A DNA stretch of 42,319 bases, from the sequence record OQ623132.1. One strand, written 5' to 3'. The translations under genes and the position numbers were made by a program. The DNA comes from Enterococcus phage Phi_Eg_SY1. This document shows, piece after piece, positions 1 to 8,874 of this stretch (its first letter is position 1; each line of letters starts with the position of its first letter). The notes under the pieces are model-generated. The model was not told the DNA's origin and ran no database searches. It saw nothing but the letters and a program-made list of their open reading frames with translations.

Positions 1-534
1 ATGAGTAAAGAAGAGTGGAAACCTATTCCAAACTATGAGGGTTACTACGAAGCGTCTACATTTGGTAGGATTAGAAATGTTAAAAGGAATGAGATTCGCA
101 AATTACAATATAGAAAAGATGATTGTGTATGGGTTAACCTATGCGAAGATGGAACAGCTGACAATGTTCCGGTTCACAAAGTGGTTGCACTAACCTTTAT
201 TCCACAACCAAAAGACTATCACTGTGTAATTCATATTAATGGTATTAAAACAGATAATCATCCGGATAACCTTAAATGGGTATACGATACCTGTAGGCGA
301 AAAAAGCGTAAACAAACGGTAGTAAAACAAGTAACACTAAAAGAGCAACGTCATAATTCTAACTCAGGTAGAGGTAAAACCCCAATTGTAGCAAGTAAAG
401 ATGGCGCTGAATACATTTTCCTTTCACAATCTGAATGTGCAACAACATTAGGTCTACAACAACCAAATATTAACGCGTGTCTAAAAGGTAAACTTAAAAC
501 CCATAAAGGCTACAGTTTCAAATACTTAGATTAA
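1..534 (+). CDS. HNH homing endonuclease (NUMOD4 / HNH_3-like), gene probably begins at 42317 across the linearisation junction
   Basis: N-terminal WKPIPNYEGYYEASTFGRIRN (NUMOD4-like) and IHINGIKTDNHPDNLKW (HNH_3-like); window ends GAGGAGGAGAT-ATG and position 1 continues ATGAGT in frame. Confidence 0.65.
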   Translation: MSKEEWKPIPNYEGYYEASTFGRIRNVKRNEIRKLQYRKDDCVWVNLCEDGTADNVPVHKVVALTFIPQPKDYHCVIHINGIKTDNHPDNLKWVYDTCRRKKRKQTVVKQVTLKEQRHNSNSGRGKTPIVASKDGAEYIFLSQSECATTLGLQQPNINACLKGKLKTHKGYSFKYLD

Positions 535-621
535 ACTAATGTATCTCTAACCATTTTCTAATTGACAAACGTACTAAAACAGTATATATTAATCTCGTAA
601 TCAAACAGGAGGAAATCAAAG

Positions 622-2367
622 ATGAACAATTTACCTGAACCAATTGCCACAACAAATGTACCAACAACAATCACGCAAATATACCCCCTAACGTATTGTA
701 AACAAAAAGTAGACCTACCAATTGAAATAAATTATACTAAAGTAGGCGCACGGATTGTAACAGGTGACATAGATGTTATAGCACAGACTATTTTATCACA
801 GACTAATATTGTCCTCTCATTAGATGGACGCTCTTCATGGGTATTAAACAAAGATATGAACATTTGGACGTATGTCACAGCTAATGTACGTGAATTCTTA
901 CTATACAATGTAGTGTACCCATTGGCTCAAGAATTCAAATACGGTGATGATGACAACAAAGTTAACAATTTTCTAGCAAAAGTAGGAGATAAAGTGTATG
1001 AAATGGTCAAAGGTGATGACTCGTTCAAAGATGGTTACTTTAACGATATGACGAACGATAGATACAATTATCTCGGTGAATATTCGTATTTTCAAAACGG
1101 TGCATTACACATGAATACCTTAGAAGTACGACCGTTACGCGCTACAGATTATAGAACGAAAGAAACCATTCTACCCATAAATGTACAAGAAACACCTGTT
1201 ACTGAAACAAAAATAAAACAAAATAAGATTTGGCAAGCTGTGAATTTCTTCACTGATGAACGTAGCGAAAAAGCGTTCTGTGAGTTTATTGGGTCAGCAG
1301 TTTATGAAAGTAAGCCAGAAGTAGTCCATATGCAGATTGTTGTCTCACGTGGGACACGTAACGGAGGAAATGGGAAAACAATTCTAATGACCAAGATTAT
1401 TGGCTCGCCTTTGTTTGGTCAAATGTACACAGAACTACCTTCACAACGTGTGTTCAACACTCGTGGAGAGTTTAACACTGGTTTATTAGGTGGGAAACAG
1501 TTGATTTTCATTGATGAATTGAACCCTTATAACATTGAGCCTGAAACATTTAAGCAACAAATTACTGCTGACAAAATTAAAGTCAACGAGAAATTTAAAT
1601 CTGAATACACTGCTCGCTTTGGGGGACACTTTGCAGGTGCTAGTAATGATGTGTTTAAAGTAAGGGACGCGTCAGATGGTTCATTAAGACGTATTTTACC
1701 TGTGGTATTCAATAAACAAGTAACAACAGGTGATGATAAACTAGAGTTTATTAAAAACTATAACCCTCAGTTTAGCGAAGAAATGAAAAACGCTATTCAA
1801 GATGAGGCTGTGAAAGCTGAGTTTATTAGATGGTGCGTACAGGAGTATAATGAGCTACTTAAACGTAGAGCAACCAGTAAAGATGAGTTTGTTTGGACAC
1901 TTTCTGACGAAGCAATTCAGCTACGTGATGAGTTACAGCGCTCCAAAACACCTGTGATTGACATTGCATTTAATAGTGGACTGTTTGAACACACAGGGAA
2001 TGAAGGTGACTTGATTGAATTAAAACTGTTCACAGATGGTATTTTATTGGCAAATAAATATGACACAGATGACATGAACAGAATTAGACGTAAGATGGTA
2101 AAAGAGGATATGCGAGATTACTTGTATAAAGAGGGTCAACGCACACGTATTAAGGCTGTATGCACGAACCCTAAACAACACCATGCGGATGACTTGAACC
2201 CGTCAGCAGGTAAAAAGATTTACATTAGTGGATTCAGATTGGCACACAATGACTTAGACAGTGATTTAGAAAGAGCGTGGTATGAAACGATTAAGAAACA
2301 TTTAGGTAAGTATACACTAATGGAGCAAGTTTTTGATGTGTATGAAACACCTGATGAGGTATTTTAA
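622..2367 (+). CDS. D5/P4-type primase-helicase C-terminal NTPase (replication initiation helicase)
   Basis: RBS CAGGAGG; Walker A GTRNGGNGKTILMTKIIG and Walker B LIFIDEL typical of phage/plasmid primase P4 C-terminal / D5 family. Confidence 0.55.
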   Translation: MNNLPEPIATTNVPTTITQIYPLTYCKQKVDLPIEINYTKVGARIVTGDIDVIAQTILSQTNIVLSLDGRSSWVLNKDMNIWTYVTANVREFLLYNVVYPLAQEFKYGDDDNKVNNFLAKVGDKVYEMVKGDDSFKDGYFNDMTNDRYNYLGEYSYFQNGALHMNTLEVRPLRATDYRTKETILPINVQETPVTETKIKQNKIWQAVNFFTDERSEKAFCEFIGSAVYESKPEVVHMQIVVSRGTRNGGNGKTILMTKIIGSPLFGQMYTELPSQRVFNTRGEFNTGLLGGKQLIFIDELNPYNIEPETFKQQITADKIKVNEKFKSEYTARFGGHFAGASNDVFKVRDASDGSLRRILPVVFNKQVTTGDDKLEFIKNYNPQFSEEMKNAIQDEAVKAEFIRWCVQEYNELLKRRATSKDEFVWTLSDEAIQLRDELQRSKTPVIDIAFNSGLFEHTGNEGDLIELKLFTDGILLANKYDTDDMNRIRRKMVKEDMRDYLYKEGQRTRIKAVCTNPKQHHADDLNPSAGKKIYISGFRLAHNDLDSDLERAWYETIKKHLGKYTLMEQVFDVYETPDEVF

Positions 2368-2663
2368 TGGTTGAGGTTAAGGAAGTTAGATTAACAGAGT
2401 ATATTGACACGTATATGACTGTACTGTTATTTAGACAGAAATCGCGCAAATATTATTTAACTGTGAACGGGGAGGAGTCAAGAGAGTACACATACCACCT
2501 ATAGTATTTACAAAAGATTCCTGTATTATTTAGAATAAGTAAGTTCGTTAACACTGTTTTAGATAAGAGGTACATTAAACAAATGGGAGGGACAATGAAA
2601 TGAGCAAAGCATATAGTATTCGTTATAGTGAAGTAGTAAAAGATTAGAACATTCTCATAAAAG

Positions 2664-2694
2664 TCTAACAGTTTTTCATTGACTGTTAGATTTT
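2664..2694 (+). terminator. hairpin TCTAACAG-N11-CTGTTAGA followed by TTTT
   Basis: 8-bp inverted repeat with U-tract, read directly; 3' arm overlaps -35 of next promoter. Confidence 0.45.
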
Positions 2695-2707
2695 AATCCT
2701 TTATACT
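2679..2707 (+). promoter_or_regulatory. sigma70-like promoter TTGACT-N17-TATACT
   Basis: hexamers and 17-nt spacer read directly; 30 nt upstream of RBS AAGGGAGG / ATG 2738. Confidence 0.5.
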
Positions 2708-2737
2708 ATGGTCATAAGGTTAAGGGAGGAAACAAAC

Positions 2738-2890
2738 ATGATTAAAGTATACAATTGTGAATATGAATACGGTATGAAACGAGTTGCATTCTACAAAGAA
2801 CTTGGACATGAGATTGAGCTAGACTATAGAGAAAAATGTATACATTTTTTTTTCAGAGATGGACGCTACTACCCTACAATTGACAAATAG
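2738..2890 (+). CDS. hypothetical small protein (50 aa)
   Basis: RBS AAGGGAGGAAACAAAC-ATG; own promoter. Confidence 0.45.
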   Translation: MIKVYNCEYEYGMKRVAFYKELGHEIELDYREKCIHFFFRDGRYYPTIDK

Positions 2891-2932
2891 GGTACCACCT
2901 TAAACAAACACTAAATTAGAGGAGGAAAAAGA

Positions 2933-3088
2933 ATGACTTACCACCAAGTAAAGAAAGTTTATGACAAGTTTAACAAGGGGGAACGCACGTTTACTAATTT
3001 TGTACGGTTATTATCTGTGCTTGACGTTATCCCACTACATGAAGTACCAGCGCTAATAAGAGCTTATAAAAAGGAGGAATTGAAATGA
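2933..3088 (+). CDS. hypothetical small protein (51 aa)
   Basis: RBS GGAGGAAAAAGA-ATG; ATGA overlap with next ORF start at 3085. Confidence 0.4.
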   Translation: MTYHQVKKVYDKFNKGERTFTNFVRLLSVLDVIPLHEVPALIRAYKKEELK

Positions 3089-3318
3089 GTTTCTTAAATA
3101 TATTTTTGCCAACAATGATGGTAGGTGTTATTATTGTAGCTGTAGTTAGTGCCTTTTGGGGACTGATAGCAGGACTCTCTAAGTTACTTGATTGGCTCAT
3201 TGCTAAATTTGGAGACACAGGAGAGGTGTTTTATATGATTATCATAGGTGGTTTTATAGTTCCGTTTGTCATGTCTGTTGTGTTTTGGGTAATTGGTAAG
3301 ATTGGAGGTATTGTTTAA
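3085..3318 (+). CDS. small integral membrane protein (2-3 TM)
   Basis: RBS AAGGAGG; strongly hydrophobic segments. Confidence 0.5.
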   Translation: MSFLNIFLPTMMVGVIIVAVVSAFWGLIAGLSKLLDWLIAKFGDTGEVFYMIIIGGFIVPFVMSVVFWVIGKIGGIV

Positions 3319-3509
3319 TGCAGATTATTTCACTTTTAGTCATAGGTTTAGCAAGTTACGCACTAGGTAAGGTACTAGCAAGGCTCCTTTTTGGTTATGT
3401 GTTTGAGTGGATAGAAAAAAGAAACGAACACCTAGCAATGGCGTACTTGGTTTTGTTACTTTTACTACTGATTACAACACTGGTTTATATGGTTATACGT
3501 ATATTTTAA
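3318..3509 (+). CDS. small integral membrane protein (2 TM)
   Basis: start overlaps previous stop; hydrophobic. Confidence 0.45.
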   Translation: MQIISLLVIGLASYALGKVLARLLFGYVFEWIEKRNEHLAMAYLVLLLLLLITTLVYMVIRIF

Positions 3510-3520
3510 GGAGTGATACA

Positions 3521-4504
3521 ATGAAATACAACGAGTTAAAAGGCTTTCCTTTACAACCTCATTCTAAACTACCTGCCATTAAAAAGTGGCAGGCGCAAAG
3601 TGAATATAAAATGTTACGTGACATTGGTGCAACAAACAAAGGTGTCTTGTGTGGGCGTGAAAACAAGCTACTCGTAGTAGACTGTGACGTAAAAGGTAAA
3701 GAAAACGGAATAGAGTCTTTTAACAGTCTTTTAAAAGACCTTTCTATTGAAGTAGATACCCTAACAATTGCTACACCAAGCGGAGGCATGCACTATTATT
3801 TTAGACTACCAGATGACGCACTAGATTTACGTAAGCAACCGCGTGAGGACATGGGAATTGATTTCCAAATGGAGGGTTCTTTTGTAGTAGCACATGGGTC
3901 CAATATTGACAAAGAACGTAGGTACAACTTGTTCAAGAACAGACCTATCCAAATGGTCCCACCTGCGTTACTAGAATGGTTACGGAACAACGCAAAAAAC
4001 ACTACAGGACAGAACACCCCTTATCCTAACGCTAAGGGAAAACTGAATAGAAGTCTAAAGGTCCTATACTGGTGGTTAGCAAACCAAAGTGGAAAGGTAG
4101 GGAGTCAACCTTGGTTGCTTAATGGTCTCTATTATGAGTTAAAAAAAGCCACAAACCTTGACGAAAAAACAGTTGACAGATTCATAAAAGTCCTGTATAG
4201 TTATATTTACGGTGAGTTACCAAATTGGGATATTGACTATAGTCACCCTCACAGTGTAAAACATGAGAACGCACTTTCACGATTTATAGAGGAAATTGTT
4301 GAGACAAAGGTGGGTGAAGGAGGAAGAAACAACTCTTTAGCTAGAATGTCAGGTGTATTGGCATTAGGTACAAACGACTTCAATATGTACAAATGGTTGT
4401 GTAAAATGTATATGGACATTTGTTTTACTGAACCTCTAGAAAGTGAAGAGTTTGAGTTAACAATCACAAGCATATGGAGTAAGGAAAAAGGGAGAGGGTA
4501 TTAA
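3521..4504 (+). CDS. DNA primase (bifunctional prim-pol N-terminal domain + PriCT_1)
   Basis: RBS AAGGAG; LLVVDCDVKG...TPSGGMHYYFRL prim-pol motifs; GGRNNSLARMSGVLA PriCT-like; track ORF start 3407 is an unsupported N-extension. Confidence 0.65.
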   Translation: MKYNELKGFPLQPHSKLPAIKKWQAQSEYKMLRDIGATNKGVLCGRENKLLVVDCDVKGKENGIESFNSLLKDLSIEVDTLTIATPSGGMHYYFRLPDDALDLRKQPREDMGIDFQMEGSFVVAHGSNIDKERRYNLFKNRPIQMVPPALLEWLRNNAKNTTGQNTPYPNAKGKLNRSLKVLYWWLANQSGKVGSQPWLLNGLYYELKKATNLDEKTVDRFIKVLYSYIYGELPNWDIDYSHPHSVKHENALSRFIEEIVETKVGEGGRNNSLARMSGVLALGTNDFNMYKWLCKMYMDICFTEPLESEEFELTITSIWSKEKGRGY

Positions 4505-4708
4505 ATGAGTCCATTACTCACTGAGTCAGACAAAGGTAGATTTATAACAATTGTTCTTAATGGTGGTAGAAGTTATATCTATAAGGGTGACCCTGAGTTT
4601 ATTACAGAACGTATGCAAAACGGAGAAGTGTTCAGCATTACATTAACAGGAGAGATACCAGTAACAGTTTTAATTAACCCTATGTGGGTCCAAGCGATTG
4701 AATATTAA
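4505..4708 (+). CDS. hypothetical protein
   Basis: TAAATG overlap with primase stop. Confidence 0.45.
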   Translation: MSPLLTESDKGRFITIVLNGGRSYIYKGDPEFITERMQNGEVFSITLTGEIPVTVLINPMWVQAIEY

Positions 4709-4720
4709 GGAGGAAAAAAG

Positions 4721-5179
4721 ATGTTGGAAATAAAAAAGGGAGATATTTTGATTTACAAAGATACTATTTTACCAAGCGTAAATTGGACAAGTGGGAAGGA
4801 ATATGAGGTTTTCGCAAATACTAGAGGTGAGTTGTATGTGTGGACGGATTGTGGAGAGATATACTTTTTAGCACACCACACTGACTATATTAACACCCGT
4901 TTTATGTTAAAACAAATGCCACAAAGTGAGGATGAAACCCCAATGCAGGAAAACGCTAAAACATACGTGCGTTTGAAAATTTCCCCAACGAATGGTTCTA
5001 ATGCACGCGTAAACGAACCACTGCTACACTTCTTTCTTAGTTTCTATGATTACGCAGACGCCTCAAGTTGGAGAGATAGCAAAGAAGTTTTCCTACAAGG
5101 ATGGATAACAAGTACCAATAAGCGCAAATTATTAGATGAGATTAGTACGTTCTTTGGTTTAGACGTTGATGAGTGGTAA
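4721..5179 (+). CDS. hypothetical protein
   Basis: RBS AAGGAGG 7 nt upstream. Confidence 0.55.
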   Translation: MLEIKKGDILIYKDTILPSVNWTSGKEYEVFANTRGELYVWTDCGEIYFLAHHTDYINTRFMLKQMPQSEDETPMQENAKTYVRLKISPTNGSNARVNEPLLHFFLSFYDYADASSWRDSKEVFLQGWITSTNKRKLLDEISTFFGLDVDEW

Positions 5180-5537
5180 AGTGTTAGAAAGTATCTATTC
5201 GCAAAAGGTGAGACGGTTTGTTGAGTCACGTGGAGGGATGTTCCTTGTAAATACAGCAAGTGTTTATGACAAAGCTGGACGCCCTGACGTTGAAATAATT
5301 TATAAAGGACATGTGATTTTTGCAGAGTTGAAAACAGGAGATTACCAACCTACAAATTTACAAATAATGTTTCTTAATAATTTACGTAAACAAGGGGTTT
5401 TAGCATTATTGTTGCGAGATACATTAGATGAGTTAGAAACAGTTTTTCACCTGATAGACACAAATTATATTAGTAACTACGAACAACCACCACTGCCTGA
5501 GATTAAAATGGTTGACTTATTTGAGGAGGATGAATAG
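5169..5537 (+). CDS. VRR-NUC domain nuclease
   Basis: GRPDVEIIYKGHVIFAELKTGDYQPTNLQIMFLNNLRKQG matches PD-(D/E)xK VRR-NUC pattern. Confidence 0.55.
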   Translation: MSGKVLESIYSQKVRRFVESRGGMFLVNTASVYDKAGRPDVEIIYKGHVIFAELKTGDYQPTNLQIMFLNNLRKQGVLALLLRDTLDELETVFHLIDTNYISNYEQPPLPEIKMVDLFEEDE

Positions 5538-5538
5538 A

Positions 5539-5895
5539 ATGGACTTAACATTACATGATGTTACGTACAATGAAGATACAATTGAGGTGTATGAGTTAGA
5601 TGATATGTTAGTGTTTTATGGTAGTGAAAAAATAGGGAGTAAGGCAGTCTGTACACATATTACATTAAACAAGAACGCACAAATTGAATTATACAAGGCG
5701 TTAGACAAACACTTATATTATGATGAGTGGGGTGGACAGGTAGAAGGTATTGAGTCATATGATGAATGTGATGAAGTAATGATTGACGCTGAGGAGCTTA
5801 GAGATAAGATTAAGCGTGATGTAAACAAAGGGTTAACAGCACAAGAGATTGTTGCCTACCTGAATGGTTATATTGAGGGTAAGAAAAATGACTAA
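5539..5895 (+). CDS. hypothetical protein (118 aa)
   Basis: RBS GGAGG 9 nt before ATG 5539; C-terminus has a degenerate paralog at 7144-7251. Confidence 0.5.
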   Translation: MDLTLHDVTYNEDTIEVYELDDMLVFYGSEKIGSKAVCTHITLNKNAQIELYKALDKHLYYDEWGGQVEGIESYDECDEVMIDAEELRDKIKRDVNKGLTAQEIVAYLNGYIEGKKND

Positions 5896-6052
5896 AATTC
5901 TACTAATGATTACTAACTCCCGCGGTGATTTGTTTGTTGAGACCATAATGGTCAGAAGTCTAGATAATATTCGTGAGGTAGTTGATAACTATATAAAAGA
6001 GCGTTATAAAGATGGTGTTACCTATGTGTGGGAGAAAGTAATGGAAAATTAG
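5888..6052 (+). CDS. hypothetical small protein
   Basis: ATG overlapping end of upstream gene. Confidence 0.35.
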   Translation: MTKILLMITNSRGDLFVETIMVRSLDNIREVVDNYIKERYKDGVTYVWEKVMEN

Positions 6053-6185
6053 AAAATTCTCATTAATTTCTAACTTGTCTCTAATGACTAGGGGCAAGTT
6101 AGTTGTTATAGTTATGACATAAGATTAAGGGTTAAGCGGAAACATCAACGAGTACTAACCTAAAAATGGTATAGGAGGAAATAAA

Positions 6186-6371
6186 ATGAAACTAAACAGA
6201 ATAGAAATGCACCAGTTAATCACAGCACTAAGAGGGTATAATATCTCAAGAAACGGAGATAAAGCATATAACAGAATGACAGGCAACATCAACGGCGTAC
6301 TGGTTATTGAAAAGGAACAGGAAGCCAACGAAAAACTAATTAATAGATTAATGGAGGAACTAGAAAAATAA
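6186..6371 (+). CDS. hypothetical small protein
   Basis: RBS TAGGAGGAAATAAA-ATG. Confidence 0.45.
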   Translation: MKLNRIEMHQLITALRGYNISRNGDKAYNRMTGNINGVLVIEKEQEANEKLINRLMEELEK

Positions 6372-6400
6372 CACATGAAGGATTTATTGTAAGAGCAGAA

Positions 6401-6577
6401 ATGATGATTGAGGGACGTTTTGTCAGCAGAGAGTGGCACAAGGCGGCTGAATGGAACTGGAAACAAAGTGGTATAGTCCACATGAAACCTGTTAAGGAGG
6501 CTACTGTAATCATTCGTACAAAAGATATTGTAACGTTTAGTTCTGAACCATATGAATTTGTGGAGTCAGTTAGATGA
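6401..6577 (+). CDS. hypothetical small protein (58 aa)
   Basis: fills coding gap; weak RBS. Confidence 0.25.
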   Translation: MMIEGRFVSREWHKAAEWNWKQSGIVHMKPVKEATVIIRTKDIVTFSSEPYEFVESVR

Positions 6578-6609
6578 TATAATTGATTTGTCAAATGAAG
6601 GAGGAAACA

Positions 6610-7015
6610 ATGAAAAAAAAAATTTGAATCAGGGGACAAATTAAGACTAAAGAAAGCACCTAACTTAATTCAGTATGATAACGTAACAGTAGGTAAGATT
6701 TACGAGACATATGAACTCACTGACGCTCCAGAATATGTGAAACCTGACTACATTACAATCTTTGATGACACTTGTAAGCGGCGTAACCTCAAAAAAGATT
6801 TATTTGAACCTCTACCTAGTTGTGAGAAAGGTAGTAACATACACAATATTTTCCGTGTTCATAATGTAGAACAAGCAAAAGCGTGTTTAGCTGAACTAGA
6901 ACGCTATGGGTTTAATAAATTTAGTCTTACTGAGGATTTATTTTTTGATGAAATTTCACTCATTAACGTATACTTTGACGGAACATACGGACTACTAAAA
7001 TATACAGCAAACTAA
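6610..7015 (+). pseudogene. gene interrupted or recoded at an A10 homopolymer (ATG 6610 + A10 6613-6622); downstream frame open 6614-7015
   Basis: strong RBS GAAGGAGGAAACA-ATG then AAAAAAAAAA-TTT-TGA; deleting one A (or slippage) joins to the 134-codon open frame that contains track ORF 6737..7015. Confidence 0.4.
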
Positions 7016-7089
7016 TGTGGAACTTTGCAACGAACAGTTTCACTGTGGTGCATTTACCAGTACAATCTATAATTAATTTACAGAGTAAC

Positions 7090-7251
7090 ATGTTTAAGTT
7101 TGGACCAGCTCAAATTGAGCAACCAGAGACACATATCACAATTGACGCTGAGAAGCTTCTTTAACTGGTTGATAATGAAAAAATGAACTATTTTGAATTA
7201 ACGAACTATCTAAATGCCTACATTGACGGACAGAAAGGAAAATTGAAATGA
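7090..7251 (+). pseudogene. small gene with in-frame TAA (7162-7164); C-terminal part paralogous to the C-terminus of 5539..5895
   Basis: MFKFGPAQIEQPETHITIDAEKLL*LVDNEKMNYFELTNYLNAYIDGQKGKLK*, compare VMIDAEELRDKIK...AQEIVAYLNGYIEGKK. Confidence 0.35.
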
Positions 7252-7433
7252 AAAAATATGTAGTTATTGGAAATACGTGCCCAGAGCATAATTTTGAAAT
7301 TGGCACCACAGTGGAATAAGTTGCTCATTATTTAGATGGGATATTCTGCGTGAAAGGTAAAGTAAAGTACGCTGGCAACGAGAGTGAAATGACGTTGAAC
7401 AAGACGTACACCCTAGAGATTTACAGGAGGTAA
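7248..7433 (+). pseudogene. small gene with in-frame TAA (7317-7319)
   Basis: ATGA coupling to upstream ORF; MKKYVVIGNTCPEHNFEIGTTVE*VAHYLDGIFCVKGKVKYAGNESEMTLNKTYTLEIYRR*; the frame ends just before the next gene. Confidence 0.35.
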
Positions 7434-7439
7434 CAAGCA

Positions 7440-8024
7440 ATGAGTAATATGTTTGAGGTAGGTCACAGAGTAGTATGTGTAGACACTAGCTGTGTAGAAC
7501 GTGTATTAGAAAAAGGCAAACGCTATACAATTATAGGAGTAGACGAAGTTTTCGTACAAGTTGAGGGTATAAGAGAATGGTTCTACTACGACCGTTTTGA
7601 ACGTGACTACGTTAACGAAGAAATTGAGTATAATTTGAAAGATAAATATGGTGCTACCTTGAGTGTAGTTAGATTGTATAAAGATAAAACACTGATTGAA
7701 ATTAGTGATTTGACGGATGATATCTTAAGCGTACACTTAACAGATTTGGATTTAATTTGTTTGTATGCTATGGTGGGAGGCTTAAACGGTCAGCAAGTTA
7801 TTGATAGTTTAAAAGAGGAACAACTTAATACTACCTATAGTGACAAGGTTAAACTACTTCTACAAAAATTACAACATTCTGCTAGTAAAGGTCCTATGTG
7901 GGACCTGACAGACGTACCATACTTAAAACTTAGATTAGAACTAGTTAAACGCGGTTTGTTGGGTGGAGATGTCAAAAAAAAACTAAAGACTCACATTAAA
8001 GAGTTAGAGGGAGAAAGTAAATGA
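7440..8024 (+). CDS. hypothetical protein (194 aa)
   Basis: RBS CAGGAGG. Confidence 0.6.
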   Translation: MSNMFEVGHRVVCVDTSCVERVLEKGKRYTIIGVDEVFVQVEGIREWFYYDRFERDYVNEEIEYNLKDKYGATLSVVRLYKDKTLIEISDLTDDILSVHLTDLDLICLYAMVGGLNGQQVIDSLKEEQLNTTYSDKVKLLLQKLQHSASKGPMWDLTDVPYLKLRLELVKRGLLGGDVKKKLKTHIKELEGESK

Positions 8025-8103
8025 TTACCTACCTAGTACCACTAGTAGTTGCTATGTCACTATTGTTTTGTAAATGGTTGTTTCAACCAAATAAGGGAGG
8101 AAA

Positions 8104-8331
8104 ATGAAAATGAACACACTTGAATTATTTAATGAGTCATTAGAAATGGTAGCTGAGGAATTTACTAAAATTTCAAATGGAGATACTTCAACAACACCTG
8201 AGATTGTAGCGTTACTTATGTTAAATACAAGCGCCATAGGTGCTAAATTAGTAGAAGAAGGGTTTTCAGACGCAGAAGTAAGTAAGATGATTGATGATAA
8301 ATTGGACCCAATTGTAGGAGGTACCGAATGA
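8104..8331 (+). CDS. hypothetical protein
   Basis: RBS AAGGGAGGAAA-ATG. Confidence 0.5.
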   Translation: MKMNTLELFNESLEMVAEEFTKISNGDTSTTPEIVALLMLNTSAIGAKLVEEGFSDAEVSKMIDDKLDPIVGGTE

Positions 8332-8684
8332 TGACAAAAAGCGAACTTAACGAACAGTTAGCTACTAACGTTGACAAACTAAACACACTGGCGGATAAAG
8401 TGGCTGACTTCATTATTAAAAATGGTGTAAGTACCCATACATTAATGTTTAATTCACGAATTATTTTTCTAAGTAACACCCTAGACGCGTACATTGAAGA
8501 TGATACGCAAGTAGGAGAAGGATTTATTCACTCCGTTTTAGCAAGTGATATTGAGTATTTAAAGTATTATTTAGATGATGTTTACCCAGAGTTATTTGAT
8601 ACTAAGCGCCCTACAGATGAACTAAAAGAGTTTGATACAATTGTAGGGGATGTATATAATTTATTCTACTATGCTATAAACTAA
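8328..8684 (+). CDS. hypothetical protein
   Basis: RBS GGAGG; ATGA overlap. Confidence 0.55.
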   Translation: MMTKSELNEQLATNVDKLNTLADKVADFIIKNGVSTHTLMFNSRIIFLSNTLDAYIEDDTQVGEGFIHSVLASDIEYLKYYLDDVYPELFDTKRPTDELKEFDTIVGDVYNLFYYAIN

Positions 8685-8696
8685 CACACAAAATAA

Positions 8697-8733
8697 AAAC
8701 ACCTAATGGGGAGGAATCCACTAGGTGTTTTTA
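8697..8733 (+). terminator. strong intrinsic terminator (13-bp stem AAACACCTA(A/G)TGG, loop GGAGGAAT, then TTTTTAT)
   Basis: inverted repeat plus T-tract read directly. Confidence 0.65.
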
Positions 8734-8813
8734 TAGGGTTAGGGAGAAAAAGATGATAAGTTGCCTACATTTATTATACCATAAAAGATAATAAAAAGGT
8801 ATGTAAAAAGTCC

Positions 8814-8842
8814 TTGCAAGTATAGGCAAACTATGGTATTAT
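8814..8842 (+). promoter_or_regulatory. sigma70-like promoter TTGCAA-N17-TATTAT
   Basis: read directly; precedes small ORF 8875. Confidence 0.4.
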
Positions 8843-8874
8843 TAGAGTACAATTAGAAAAGGAAGTGTAAAATT

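Noticed and set aside
3407-3520. N-terminal extension of the primase ORF (track start 3407)
   Set aside because: Overlaps the upstream membrane-protein gene in another frame. A good RBS exists only for ATG 3521.
6070-6102. Hairpin CTAACTTG-N17-CAAGTTAG after ORF 5888..6052 as a terminator
   Set aside because: The loop is large (17 nt) and there is no convincing U-tract. Kept only as a weak possibility.
6155-6639. Minus-strand ORFs 6155..6481 and 6340..6639
   Set aside because: Antisense to plus-strand early genes and Ser/Leu/Phe-rich. All supported genes in this half are on the plus strand.
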